A stretch of 64,000 bases of DNA from Myxococcota bacterium (GTDB taxonomy: Bacteria; Myxococcota_A; Polyangia; Nannocystales; Nannocystaceae): contig JBCCHT010000010.1 of NCBI GenBank assembly GCA_039028615.1, positions 160,001 through 224,000 on the forward strand. The letters are read 5' to 3'. Each line of letters opens with the position of its first letter. Position 1 is the stretch's first letter. A program made the position numbers and the translations under genes. This document shows positions 49,378 through 58,390 of the stretch, one piece after another. The notes beneath the pieces are model-generated. The model did no database searches, was not told where the DNA came from, and saw only the letters and a list, made by a program, of their open reading frames with translations.

Positions 49378-50541
49378 GTGAGCGACACGGGGCGAGCGCG
49401 GATCGGCCTACAGCTGGGCGCCTGGCTCGGGATCTCGGCGATCTACTTCGCCCTCGATCTCGGGGCCCAGGAGGACGCGCGCGTGGCCGAGCTGGTGGTG
49501 CGGGCCGTGGTCTGGGGCGTGTGCGGCTGGCTGGTCAGCATGCTCGCGTGGTGGGGTTGGGCACGAGCGCAGCCCGAGGAGTGGTCGCCCTCCGGCATGG
49601 TCTTCGGCGCGACGCTGGGCGGCCTGGGCTTCGGCACGCTGTGGTTGCTGGTGTTCACCGCGATCGATGCGCTGGTGGAGCTCGAGCCGGGTTTCGTCCC
49701 GCTGCGCGACTGGAGCCTGGACCAAGCGGCGGCGGAGAGCATGGCCTATGCCTTTCCCATGATCGCGTGGCACGGCGTGGCGTTCTCGCTGCGCCAGGTC
49801 GAGCGGCGGGCCGACGACCGGGCGCGCGCGGCCGAGGCCGAGCAGCTCGCCCAGCGGGCCGAGCTCGATGCGCTCCGCTATCAGCTCAACCCCCATCTTT
49901 TGTTCAACGCGCTCAACTCGGCCATGGCGATGATCGACGAAGATCCGCAGCGGGCCGAGGACATGCTGCTGCGGCTCACCTTCTTGCTGCGCTCGACCCT
50001 GCGGGCTCCCCGGGAGGGCACGGTGGGTGAGGAGCTCGAGCGCATCGCCGCCTACCTCGAGCTCGAGGGCGTGCGCTTCGAAGACCGCCTAGACGTACAG
50101 GTCGACGTCGAGCCCGGCCTGGACGAGGTGCCGCTGCCGACCTTGTTGCTCCAGCCGCTGGTGGAGAACGCCATCAAGCACGGCATGCAGTGCTCGTCCA
50201 TGCCGCTGCGCCTGCGCATTCGGGTCTCGCGGAAGGGCCGGGTGCTGACCGCGGTGGTGGCCAACTCCGGGCGCATGGGCAACGGCTTCGGTCGCGACGC
50301 CGAGTCGTCCACCGAGTCGGGTGTGGGTCTGGCCAACGTGCGCGCCCGGGTGGCGGCGCACTACGGCCACGGCGGCACCCTGCGTGTGGCCCAGGTGCAG
50401 CGTGAAGGCGAGCCGTGGGTCGAGGCCGAGCTGTGTCTCGATGGTCGGCGGGCGCGCCTCAAGACCCTGCACGACCCGCCGCCACCGCCGCCGCCCTCGC
50501 CCTTCGCCGATGGGTCCGCGCCCATCCAGGAGCACGCATGA
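49378..50541 (+). CDS. LytS/YehU-type membrane histidine kinase
   Basis: 4 TMs; LRYQLNPHLLFNALN, LQPLVENAIKHG, GVGLANVRAR. Confidence 0.93.
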   Translation: MSDTGRARIGLQLGAWLGISAIYFALDLGAQEDARVAELVVRAVVWGVCGWLVSMLAWWGWARAQPEEWSPSGMVFGATLGGLGFGTLWLLVFTAIDALVELEPGFVPLRDWSLDQAAAESMAYAFPMIAWHGVAFSLRQVERRADDRARAAEAEQLAQRAELDALRYQLNPHLLFNALNSAMAMIDEDPQRAEDMLLRLTFLLRSTLRAPREGTVGEELERIAAYLELEGVRFEDRLDVQVDVEPGLDEVPLPTLLLQPLVENAIKHGMQCSSMPLRLRIRVSRKGRVLTAVVANSGRMGNGFGRDAESSTESGVGLANVRARVAAHYGHGGTLRVAQVQREGEPWVEAELCLDGRRARLKTLHDPPPPPPPSPFADGSAPIQEHA

Positions 50542-51266
50542 CCGCATACCGAGCCCTCCTGGTCGACGACGAGCGACTCGCCCGCCGCCGCCTGGCGAAG
50601 CTGCTGGGGCGCCATCCCGAGATCGAGGTCGCGGCCGAGGCCGAAGACGTCGCGGGCGCGGTGACCGAGCTTCAGGCCGACCCGAGCCTCAATCTCGTGT
50701 TCCTCGACATCCAGATGCCCGGCGGCTCCGGCTTCGAGCTGTTCAGTCGTACTCGGGTGCAAGCCTCCGTGGTGTTCGTGACCGCGTTCGACGAGCACGC
50801 GCTGCGGGCGTTCGAGGTCAACGCGCTGGATTACCTGCTCAAGCCGGTCGATCCCGCGCATCTGCAGCGCGCGGTCGCTCGACTCCCGCCGCCCGGCAAA
50901 GCGGCGACGAGGCCGCCGCTCGACGATCGCATTTGCTTGCCCCTCGGGACCGGCGCTCGTTTCGTCGAACCCGAGGACATCGCGTGTATTCGCGCCGAAG
51001 GCGACTACAGCGAAGTGTGCCTACGTTCAGGTGAGCGCGAATTGGTGCGGGTGACGATGCGACAGTGGGAGCAGCAATTGTCCGCTGAACGTTTTTCCCG
51101 GGTGCATCGATCGGTGATCGTCGGTGTGCATGCCGTCCGCCGCTTGGGCGCGGGCGCGGGCTCGAGCTACCTGGTGGAGGTTGAAGGTGTCAACGAGCCG
51201 CTACCGGTCAGTCGAAGCCAGTTCAGGGCGGTTCGACAGCGGCTCACCGCCGAGCCCGGTCGCTGA
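50538..51266 (+). CDS. LytTR-family response regulator
   Basis: VDDE, FLDIQMP, AFEVNALDYLLKP, FSRVHRS, LPVSR; ATGA coupling with the kinase gene. Confidence 0.95.
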   Translation: MTAYRALLVDDERLARRRLAKLLGRHPEIEVAAEAEDVAGAVTELQADPSLNLVFLDIQMPGGSGFELFSRTRVQASVVFVTAFDEHALRAFEVNALDYLLKPVDPAHLQRAVARLPPPGKAATRPPLDDRICLPLGTGARFVEPEDIACIRAEGDYSEVCLRSGERELVRVTMRQWEQQLSAERFSRVHRSVIVGVHAVRRLGAGAGSSYLVEVEGVNEPLPVSRSQFRAVRQRLTAEPGR

Positions 51267-51372
51267 ATGCGTGCCTTCGTCGCATTCGAGGCGACGCCCA
51301 GATCACCAGTAGGCAGAGTCCTACACAGATTGCATCGTAACTACGAATTGCTTTACGAGTATCACTAGCATC

Positions 51373-52092
51373 ATGCGACTTGTTTCCCTCGTTCCCGCAT
51401 TGATCGTCGCGTCTTTGGTGACCGCATGTGACGCCGACATGAACGATGTCGCCGTTCCCGATCACTTCATCGTTCGTGTCGAGAACGTGGGGGACCGTCT
51501 CGTGGCGAGCGATGGTACCGAGTATCTTCCCGCCTTCTCGCCCGGGGTGTGGGCGGTGGCCGACGAGGACACCGCGTTGTTCCTCGAGGGCGAAGCCGCG
51601 TCCCCGGGTCTCGAGACCCAGTGCGAGCAGGGCGATCCTCAGGTCCTGTTTGCCGAGCTGGAGGCGGGAGGGAGCAACGCGGGCTTTTATCCCGTAGAGG
51701 AGATGGGCTCCTACCTCGAAGGCCCCATCCTTCCCGGCGACGTGCGGCAGTTCGAGGTCGTGGCGCAGCCCGGCGAGCACCTGTCGCTAGTGGGCATGTA
51801 CGGGCAGTCCAACGACATCTGCGTCGTGCTCGATCGCATCGCGATGTTCGACCCCGAGGCCATCGATGGCGAGATGACGGGCGAGCTGCGCTACTTCGAC
51901 GCGGGCACCGAGCTCAACGAAGAGCCCGGCATCGGCCCCAACCAGCCCTCGCAGGAGACGACGCCCGGCTCGGGCATGGCCGAGGACGGCACCATGAGCC
52001 CGCTCGAAGGTGACGTCGATGCGGCCGGCCATCGCTACCCCGCGATTACCGAGTACCTGAAGCTCACCGTCGAGCCCGTGTTCGAATCCTAG
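51373..52092 (+). CDS. Spondin_N-domain lipoprotein
   Basis: Lipobox LVTA-C; FSPGVW, ASPGLE...EQGD, MYGQSND, FDAGTELNEEPG. Confidence 0.85.
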   Translation: MRLVSLVPALIVASLVTACDADMNDVAVPDHFIVRVENVGDRLVASDGTEYLPAFSPGVWAVADEDTALFLEGEAASPGLETQCEQGDPQVLFAELEAGGSNAGFYPVEEMGSYLEGPILPGDVRQFEVVAQPGEHLSLVGMYGQSNDICVVLDRIAMFDPEAIDGEMTGELRYFDAGTELNEEPGIGPNQPSQETTPGSGMAEDGTMSPLEGDVDAAGHRYPAITEYLKLTVEPVFES

Positions 52093-52586
52093 GGGGTCGA
52101 GCCGGGCTCGCGGTCTTTTTGGCGAATCTCCCCGGTCAGCACCTTCAGCGCGACGGTCTCTCCGTTGCGCACGTCGACCTTGATCTGCGCGTTGTCGCAG
52201 CCGGGAGCGAGGGTGACGATGCGGTCGGGGAGCACGATGGCTCGCACCCCGGGCTCTTGCCGGGTGAGGCCGAGCCGGGCCACGCCGGTCGACCAGACCA
52301 TCGCGTTCGGGCGCTTTTCGTCCTCGGCGCCCGCGGCCAGCTCGTAGTGGGGCGTCACCGTCTTGCGCTCGGCCTCGAGGCGCTTCATGTACCAGCGCCC
52401 CGCGAAGCCGGCCGCCACGACCCCCGCGATGATGCCCAGGTAGACCCAGCGACGGACCCGTGAACCGTCGCGGTACCCGGTCAGCGGCCCCACCACCTGA
52501 AGATCGGGCGGCGCCTCGAGGAGCTCGTCGAGGTGCCCCTCGGTGGGCTGCTCGCCTTGTTGCTGGCGACGGAATTCGCGTCTCAC
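52089..52586 (-). CDS. Hypothetical single-TM protein
   Basis: GTGA coupling to the upstream response regulator; TM WVYLGIIAGVVAAGFAGRWY. Confidence 0.7.
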   Translation of the reverse strand: MRREFRRQQQGEQPTEGHLDELLEAPPDLQVVGPLTGYRDGSRVRRWVYLGIIAGVVAAGFAGRWYMKRLEAERKTVTPHYELAAGAEDEKRPNAMVWSTGVARLGLTRQEPGVRAIVLPDRIVTLAPGCDNAQIKVDVRNGETVALKVLTGEIRQKDREPGSTP

Positions 52587-53845
52587 AGCGTTTCGTCGTC
52601 GCGCCCCGCCTCGTCGAGAAGCCGGGCGCCTTCCATCAACAGGTGCGTGGTGGACGACTGCACGGTGTCTTCGACGTCGACGGTGGTGACGCTGAAGCTG
52701 AAGGTGCCGGCCTGCCACGACAGCATGTGATAGATGCACTCGCGTCCGGGCAGGTCGGGCTGGCCATCGATGCGCGCCGACACGACGCGTCCGCCTCGCA
52801 AGAAGACCTGGCCCATCTTGTCGCTGCCCGGCTTCATCAGGCTGAGCACGCCCTGCTTGCGCTCCATCTCCATCATCATGAGGAGGCTGGACAGACCGAG
52901 CTGCTCGAGCTTGCCGTGCAAGCCGGTGGCGCGACGCGGTCGTTGCTTGTTGCTGGGCGGGCGCGGCGTGTGGGGCTCGCTGGGCGGAGGGACGGACCCT
53001 GCGGCGCCCGGGTAGGGCGGAGGCTGTCCCGGTTGGCCTGGCTGCCCCGGTTGCCCGGGCTGACCCGGCGGCGGGTACTGACCGGGATACTGGCCGTACT
53101 GCGGCGGGTACTGGCCCGGATACTGCGGCGGGTACTGGCCCGGATACTGGCCGTACTGCGGCGGGTACTGACCGGGGTACTGCGCGGGCGGGTACGGGTA
53201 CGGAGCCGTGGGCATGGGGTGCACGCCCGAGTTGTGGTTCTGCGGGGGTGCGGGCGGGTAGCCCGGAGGCGGGTGACCACCCGGAGCGCCTTGGCCCGCG
53301 GGCGGGTAGCCCGGCAGCGTGTGCACGCCCGAGTTGTGGTTGGGCGGCGGACCGGGGATGGCATGCACACCCGAGTTGTGGTTCTGCGGGATCTGGTGCA
53401 CGCCCGACGCGTGGGTCTGCGTGGGCACGTTGTGCACGCCCGAGCTCGAGCCGCCCCCATACGCGGGCGGGTTCTGGCGACTGGTGAGCGCCGCGTCGAC
53501 CCGACGCTCGAGGTCTTCGAAGCGGAAGGGCTTGGCCAGGTAGTCCTCTTCCGTCATCCCGAGCGAGCGCAGCTTGGCTTCGTCCTTGCCGAGCGCGGTG
53601 AGGAAGATGACCGGGATGGTCGCGTATCGCGGGTTTTGCCGGAGCTGCTTGATGAACGTCCACCCGTCCATCACCGGCATCATGACGTCGCTGATGATGA
53701 CGTCGGGCGCATGGGCACCCACTCGGTCCAGCGCTTGCCGACCGTCCCTCGCGGTGTCCACGGTGAAGCTCCGCTTCCTCAGAGAGGCGGTGACCATCCG
53801 TAGAATCCACGGGTCATCGTCGACCACCAGGATTCGAGCGCCCAT
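52583..53845 (-). CDS. Response regulator with Pro/Gln/Tyr/His repeat linker and C-terminal DUF4388 domain
   Basis: ILVVDDD, IISDVMMP, KPF; GLHGKLEQLGLSSLLMMMEMERKQGVL...MLSWQAGTFSF...LLMEGARLLDE. Confidence 0.9.
   Translation of the reverse strand: MGARILVVDDDPWILRMVTASLRKRSFTVDTARDGRQALDRVGAHAPDVIISDVMMPVMDGWTFIKQLRQNPRYATIPVIFLTALGKDEAKLRSLGMTEEDYLAKPFRFEDLERRVDAALTSRQNPPAYGGGSSSGVHNVPTQTHASGVHQIPQNHNSGVHAIPGPPPNHNSGVHTLPGYPPAGQGAPGGHPPPGYPPAPPQNHNSGVHPMPTAPYPYPPAQYPGQYPPQYGQYPGQYPPQYPGQYPPQYGQYPGQYPPPGQPGQPGQPGQPGQPPPYPGAAGSVPPPSEPHTPRPPSNKQRPRRATGLHGKLEQLGLSSLLMMMEMERKQGVLSLMKPGSDKMGQVFLRGGRVVSARIDGQPDLPGRECIYHMLSWQAGTFSFSVTTVDVEDTVQSSTTHLLMEGARLLDEAGRDDETL
53025..53448 (-). repeat. Coding repeats: (NHN)SGVH x5, QYPG/QYPP x about 9, GQP x5
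   Basis: Recurrent tgcacgcccgagttgtggtt and gggtactggcccggatactg units. Confidence 0.85.
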
Positions 53846-53855
53846 TCGCTTGGCT

Positions 53856-53884
53856 AGCGTAGGCCGCGCCCAATGGGGTGTCAA
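53856..53884 (-). promoter_or_regulatory. Sigma70-type promoter of the DUF4388 response regulator
   Basis: TTGACA, 17 nt, TACGCT on the minus strand, 10 nt upstream of ATG 53845. Confidence 0.65.
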
Positions 53885-54061
53885 ACCTACGAGAATGCGC
53901 CCTAGCGGGGATTTCTACCCCACCGAGTTCTCAGGGGAGCATCGGCCGGGGCACCCCGATCTGCAACTTCAGCCGGTCTTGCCGGATCGGAGATCCCCTG
54001 CGGGGCAGCCGGCGTCGCTGCGAGCGCCCGGCCGTAAGTCCCGTAAGGGATCCCCCGGGCT

Positions 54062-55531
54062 TCACGTGGGTTCGATTCGGGTGAGCCAACTAGGCCGTAC
54101 CTGCGCCCACATCACCTCCGCCACTTGCCCCAGCTTGGTTCGCGCGAGGCGGGCAGCACCGCGGGCTCGTCGAACGCGATCGCCCATCGGATACATCGAG
54201 GCGTGACGCGGGACGAAGCTGCTGCCGAGCGCATGGCGAGCGGTCTTGAGGTACTCGGTGAGGAACACGTGGGGCCGTCGCTCCGAGCACGACAGCAGCG
54301 CCATCGAGCGACTGCGGGCCGTGTCGCCGCTGCCCCAGTAGCCGAACAGCGCGCGGCGGATGGCTCGGGTGCCGTCCTCGCCTCCGCGGAAGGCCTCGTA
54401 GATCGCCTTGGCCAGCGCCTGGCGGGTGGGCACGTAGCGGTCGTGCTCCGAGCGATAGCGTCGCAGGGACTCGGCGTCGAACCAGGCCTCGCCCGCGGGC
54501 ACGTGGGAGCGGCGTCGGGCCTGCTCCCCGAGGGTCTCCGCGTCGCGTAGGCCCATGGTCATGCCGCTGGCGGTGATGGGGTGGGAGCACCCCGCCGCAT
54601 CGCCCACGAGCACCAGACCGGGCATGGCGGCCGAGGGCGCGGGCAGGTCGACGGTGGGCGCCATGTGCAGCGGCCCGCGATGCTCGGTGATGGCGGCGGC
54701 GAGCTCGGCCGACAGCGGCGCGGGCACGAAGGGCACGTAGGTGCGGATCAAGTAGTCCTTGAGCGCCTCGCCCTTGGCCGGCAGGTGGTGCGGCAAGTCG
54801 ATGGTGACCCGGGTGATGACCGTGCCATCGTCCTCGCGCAGGATCGGATAGGCCAACACGGGGCCCCAGGCGCCGAGGAACACATGGGCGTAGCCCGGTC
54901 GGGGCAGCGTGGCGTTGCGCAGCTCGACGCCCGCGGTGAAGCCGATGGTCTCGCGCCCTTCGTCGGAAATCCCGGCCATCTTGCGGACCGAGCTGCTCTT
55001 GCCGTCGGCCGCGATCACCAGGTCGGCTCGGACCTCGCACCGAGGGGAGTTCCGATTGTGCAGCGCGACGCCGTCGATGCGGTCGCCGTCGCGGAGCAGG
55101 TCGCCGACCGACCAACCCTCGAGCAGCTCCACATGGTCGCGTCGGATGTCCGCCCGCAGGGTTCGCACCAGCTGCTTGTGGTGTATCGACAGGCCGCGGG
55201 GGCGCTCGTCGGGGACCTTGGCGTAGCTGAGGTCCACGAAGCGGGCGTCGGCGTTCTCGTAGACGGCGAAGCCTCCGACCTCCACGCCCCCCACTGCATG
55301 CAGCGCGGAGAACAGCCCGAGGTCGTCGAGGATCTGGGCACCGCGGGGGTGGATGAGCTCGCCGGAGAAGCGCGGGTGCACGTCGGGGTGACGGTCGACC
55401 ACGAGGATCCGGCGCTGCTTGGCGCTGTCGGCCTGCGCGAGCGCCCGGGCGGTGGCGCAGCCGGCCAGGCCCGCCCCCACGATGATGGCGTCGTAGCGTT
55501 GGTGACGAAGCGGGGGGCGGTTTTCGGTCAT
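54062..55531 (-). CDS. Squalene epoxidase-like FAD-dependent monooxygenase
   Basis: GAGLAG Rossmann motif, RFSGELIHPRG (SE: GExLQPGG), ADGKSS, GDAAGCSHPITASGMT (SE: GDAxNxRHPLTGGGMT), ALAKAIYEAF...RRALFGYW. Confidence 0.8.
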   Translation of the reverse strand: MTENRPPLRHQRYDAIIVGAGLAGCATARALAQADSAKQRRILVVDRHPDVHPRFSGELIHPRGAQILDDLGLFSALHAVGGVEVGGFAVYENADARFVDLSYAKVPDERPRGLSIHHKQLVRTLRADIRRDHVELLEGWSVGDLLRDGDRIDGVALHNRNSPRCEVRADLVIAADGKSSSVRKMAGISDEGRETIGFTAGVELRNATLPRPGYAHVFLGAWGPVLAYPILREDDGTVITRVTIDLPHHLPAKGEALKDYLIRTYVPFVPAPLSAELAAAITEHRGPLHMAPTVDLPAPSAAMPGLVLVGDAAGCSHPITASGMTMGLRDAETLGEQARRRSHVPAGEAWFDAESLRRYRSEHDRYVPTRQALAKAIYEAFRGGEDGTRAIRRALFGYWGSGDTARSRSMALLSCSERRPHVFLTEYLKTARHALGSSFVPRHASMYPMGDRVRRARGAARLARTKLGQVAEVMWAQVRPSWLTRIEPT

Positions 55532-55539
55532 GGCGTCTC

Positions 55540-57525
55540 TCAACGAGTGGTGGCCTGGAGGTAGGCGTCGAGGGCGAGGGCGGCCTCGCGGGGTCCCGCG
55601 CTCGGGTCGAAGCCAGCGGGGCTCAGGCCGAGTCCGCGGGCGACGGGGCGCGACCAGGTCTCGAGCTGGCGCGCGGGGCAGTGCTGGACGTGGTCGGCGA
55701 GCCAGTCGGCGGCGCGCTCGGCCTGGACGTCGGGTCGGCCCAGGGCGAGCAGGCCTCGTAGCGCGTGCGCCGTGTCGGTGCTGGAGCCGAAGCTGCCGTC
55801 CTCGAGCTGGCGCGCGCGGAGGCGTCGGTCCAGCTGTTGGACCAGCGGGTTCGAGGCGGGGCACAGGGCGCCCACGGCTCGGGCGAGCACCGCGGTGGTC
55901 TCCAGGGGGCCGATGGTCGCGTGCTCGTGCAGCTGCGGCACCACGGCGCGCTCGAGCCAACGCAAGCCGCGGGTCACCCGATCGTCGTCGAGGCCGAAGC
56001 CGGCGTCGGCCAGGGTGGCGAGCACGTGGGCGCTCAGGTGTACGTGCTCGGCGTCATTGGGGCGGCCGTAGGCGAGCAGGTCGGCGTCGGACCAGGGCAG
56101 GTGCCGCATGGCCACCGCGGACTCGCCCCGTTCGAAGCGAGCGAAGCGGCCGTCCGACTCCTGCATCGCGAACAGCACGTCGAGCGCACGGCGAGCCGAG
56201 GCCCACGACGCGGTCACCTGCGGGTGATCCTTGGGCAGGGTGGCCAGCGCCTCGAGCACGGCGCAGGTGCTCTGCACGTCGACGTGGTGGGTGGCACCGG
56301 GCTCGTGGGGCCAGCCGCCCGTGGCCGCGTCGGCGCGTGCCTGCCAGGGGCCGCGGGTGGTGAGCTCTTGGTGCAGCAGCCACCCGATCTCGCGGTCGTT
56401 GGCCCCGCAGGCGAGCAGCCGACCGGCGTGGGCGAGCGAGGCTCCGCCGAGCCCCTGCGCGAGGGCGGTCTCTCCCGCGCCGCGCCCCTGAGGCACACGA
56501 ATGCGGCCTCGGCAACGTCGGAGGTGATCGAGGCCACGCCGCAGCCGGAGATCGTGCGACACGACGCCCATCACGCGCAGGGCCACGAGGCTCAGCAGGG
56601 TGGGGCGCAGGGAGAACCATCCGCCGTGGCCTTGCTGGTGCTCGTCGATCCAGGTGAGCTCGCGTCTCGTCGCCAGCTCGGGCAGCGGTCCTCGCGGGAG
56701 CTTGCGGGCCAGCTTCACCGTGCGGTCGAAGGCCTGCAGCAGGTCGCCGGCCAGCCCCGGTCGCGTCAGGCGGGGGGCCATCGGCTCGCCGTCGTTGCGC
56801 GGGAGCAGCAGCGGGGTCGCGTCGGGCAGGTGCAAGAACGCGGGCGCGCGAGCGATGAGCTGGTACGGGGTCAGCACGCCACGGGCCCACGCCGAGAACC
56901 GAGCGGGCGACAGGGCCAGCTGCGGCGGCAGCAGGAACAGCTCGCTGGGGATCGCGGGCAGCCAGCTCCAGGGGATCTGTCCGCCCATCGCGAGCCACAG
57001 CCGCACCGAGAAGCTGGCCCGCTGCGCTCCGCCCAGGCGGTGCACGACCCGGCTGGCTCGCAGCATGGGCTCACTGTCGATGTCGTCGCCCGCGTCGCGC
57101 AGCACCCACCACCCCAAGGTCGTCAGGGACAGATCGGGGTTGCCCTGCGCGTCGAGCCAGGCTCCGCTGTCGTCTTGGGCTCCGCGCACGAACGCGGTGA
57201 GGCCCGTGCGCTCGTCGGGGCGCAGATCGTGGAAGAGACGATCGGCGAGCAGGACCTCGCAGGTCGGGCCGATGTCCGGCACGTGCAGCAGCCACCGCGG
57301 CGTGTCGTCCCGGGTACCCAGACCTGCGCGTTCGCGCCATTGCCCCGCGTGCTCGCGAGCTCGGTCGGCGGCCACCTCGAGAGGAGAGCGGCCGTAGTCG
57401 ACATGGAGAGAGGCGGCGGGTTGCTTGGAATCCAGCATGGAGGAAAGCCAGGTCGGAAGGGAGACGAGCCGAGATCCAGCGGAAGCAGCGCGGGGGCGAT
57501 GCTGCAGATTCGGCTTCATCGCCAC
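55540..57525 (-). CDS. Squalene-hopene cyclase homologue lacking the DXDD catalytic motif
   Basis: Colinear with SHC: QDDSGAW...PDLSLT, EPMLRA...LGG, LWLAMGG.IPW..LPAIPSE, FSAWAR, MQESDG, RQLEDGSFG; DXDD position reads DVQS; start GTG 57525 or ATG 57519. Confidence 0.85.
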   Translation of the reverse strand: MAMKPNLQHRPRAASAGSRLVSLPTWLSSMLDSKQPAASLHVDYGRSPLEVAADRAREHAGQWRERAGLGTRDDTPRWLLHVPDIGPTCEVLLADRLFHDLRPDERTGLTAFVRGAQDDSGAWLDAQGNPDLSLTTLGWWVLRDAGDDIDSEPMLRASRVVHRLGGAQRASFSVRLWLAMGGQIPWSWLPAIPSELFLLPPQLALSPARFSAWARGVLTPYQLIARAPAFLHLPDATPLLLPRNDGEPMAPRLTRPGLAGDLLQAFDRTVKLARKLPRGPLPELATRRELTWIDEHQQGHGGWFSLRPTLLSLVALRVMGVVSHDLRLRRGLDHLRRCRGRIRVPQGRGAGETALAQGLGGASLAHAGRLLACGANDREIGWLLHQELTTRGPWQARADAATGGWPHEPGATHHVDVQSTCAVLEALATLPKDHPQVTASWASARRALDVLFAMQESDGRFARFERGESAVAMRHLPWSDADLLAYGRPNDAEHVHLSAHVLATLADAGFGLDDDRVTRGLRWLERAVVPQLHEHATIGPLETTAVLARAVGALCPASNPLVQQLDRRLRARQLEDGSFGSSTDTAHALRGLLALGRPDVQAERAADWLADHVQHCPARQLETWSRPVARGLGLSPAGFDPSAGPREAALALDAYLQATTR

Positions 57526-57742
57526 GGTCCCCCTTGCTCCACGGTTGAGCAGTGATCCGCGTCACAAGCCATTTGAACGCTGTTCTTGGCGGAATCGGGG
57601 ATCCGAGGCCAGCGGCGAAGGAGGCTTCCGATGGGGTGTGCAGGCTGGATCGCAGTGATGGCTCCGGGTCGTTGGCGCAGCGGGCAGCGGACCACTTTGC
57701 GCACCTGGACCGACCTTCGTTGCTCGGGGATACTGCAAGGCG

Positions 57743-58375
57743 ATGCTCGTCAAGCTCCTCCGTTCGAAAGCCCTTGCCGCTCTCCCGGTGCTTCTCGTTG
57801 CTCCTCTCGTGACCGGTTGCGACGAAGAGCCCGAGAGCCTCGAGCATGGATTCGTCAACGTCGAGTTCAAGCGGGGGCAGTCGGAGGAGACCAGCCCCTA
57901 CACCGGCACCTCGACGGTCCAGATCACGCTGCTGTATCGCGAGTGCCTGATCGCGTTCTACGACGCCAATCCTCAGTACCAGCAGCTCGGTGAAGACGGC
58001 GAACCGGTGTTCGGCGCCCGTGACCTGGGCGGCGAGGGCTGGTTCGATCGCCTCTGCGACGAGCGGAGCGGTCAGGCGGACTGCACCGTGCTCGAGTTCC
58101 GACAGGAGCTCGACCAGGCGTCGCAGCTCACCATCGAGTACGAGATCAACGGTGACCTCGAGGACCGGGTGCTGCCCTTCGGCCCCATTCCCACCGAGGA
58201 GCTGGCGAGCTGCGCCGCGGGTGGTCAGCCCATCGTGCGCGTCGGCAGCAACGGCGCGGTGCGAGGCCTCGACGCCAACGGCGACGTCGTGTGGGCCACC
58301 GAGGCCTTCGAGCCCTCGGAGGCGGCGACCGGCCAGGGCGCGCCCATCACGATCCGCGCCGGGCGGTCCAACTAG
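57743..58375 (+). CDS. Hypothetical lipoprotein
   Basis: Lipobox LVTG-C; GC3-biased frame. Confidence 0.8.
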   Translation: MLVKLLRSKALAALPVLLVAPLVTGCDEEPESLEHGFVNVEFKRGQSEETSPYTGTSTVQITLLYRECLIAFYDANPQYQQLGEDGEPVFGARDLGGEGWFDRLCDERSGQADCTVLEFRQELDQASQLTIEYEINGDLEDRVLPFGPIPTEELASCAAGGQPIVRVGSNGAVRGLDANGDVVWATEAFEPSEAATGQGAPITIRAGRSN

Positions 58376-58390
58376 TCGCCGCAAGGCCGC

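Noticed and set aside
53073..53190. CRISPR-like periodicity (also 20689-20784, 34063-34120, 63800-63850)
   Set aside because: In-frame coding tandem repeats without unique spacers; no cas genes
53950..54090. tRNA-like GGTTCGATTC and nearby hairpins (also GTTCGAATCC at about 52080)
   Set aside because: No cloverleaf can be built; the T-loop-like words lie within coding ends, and short stems are expected at this GC content
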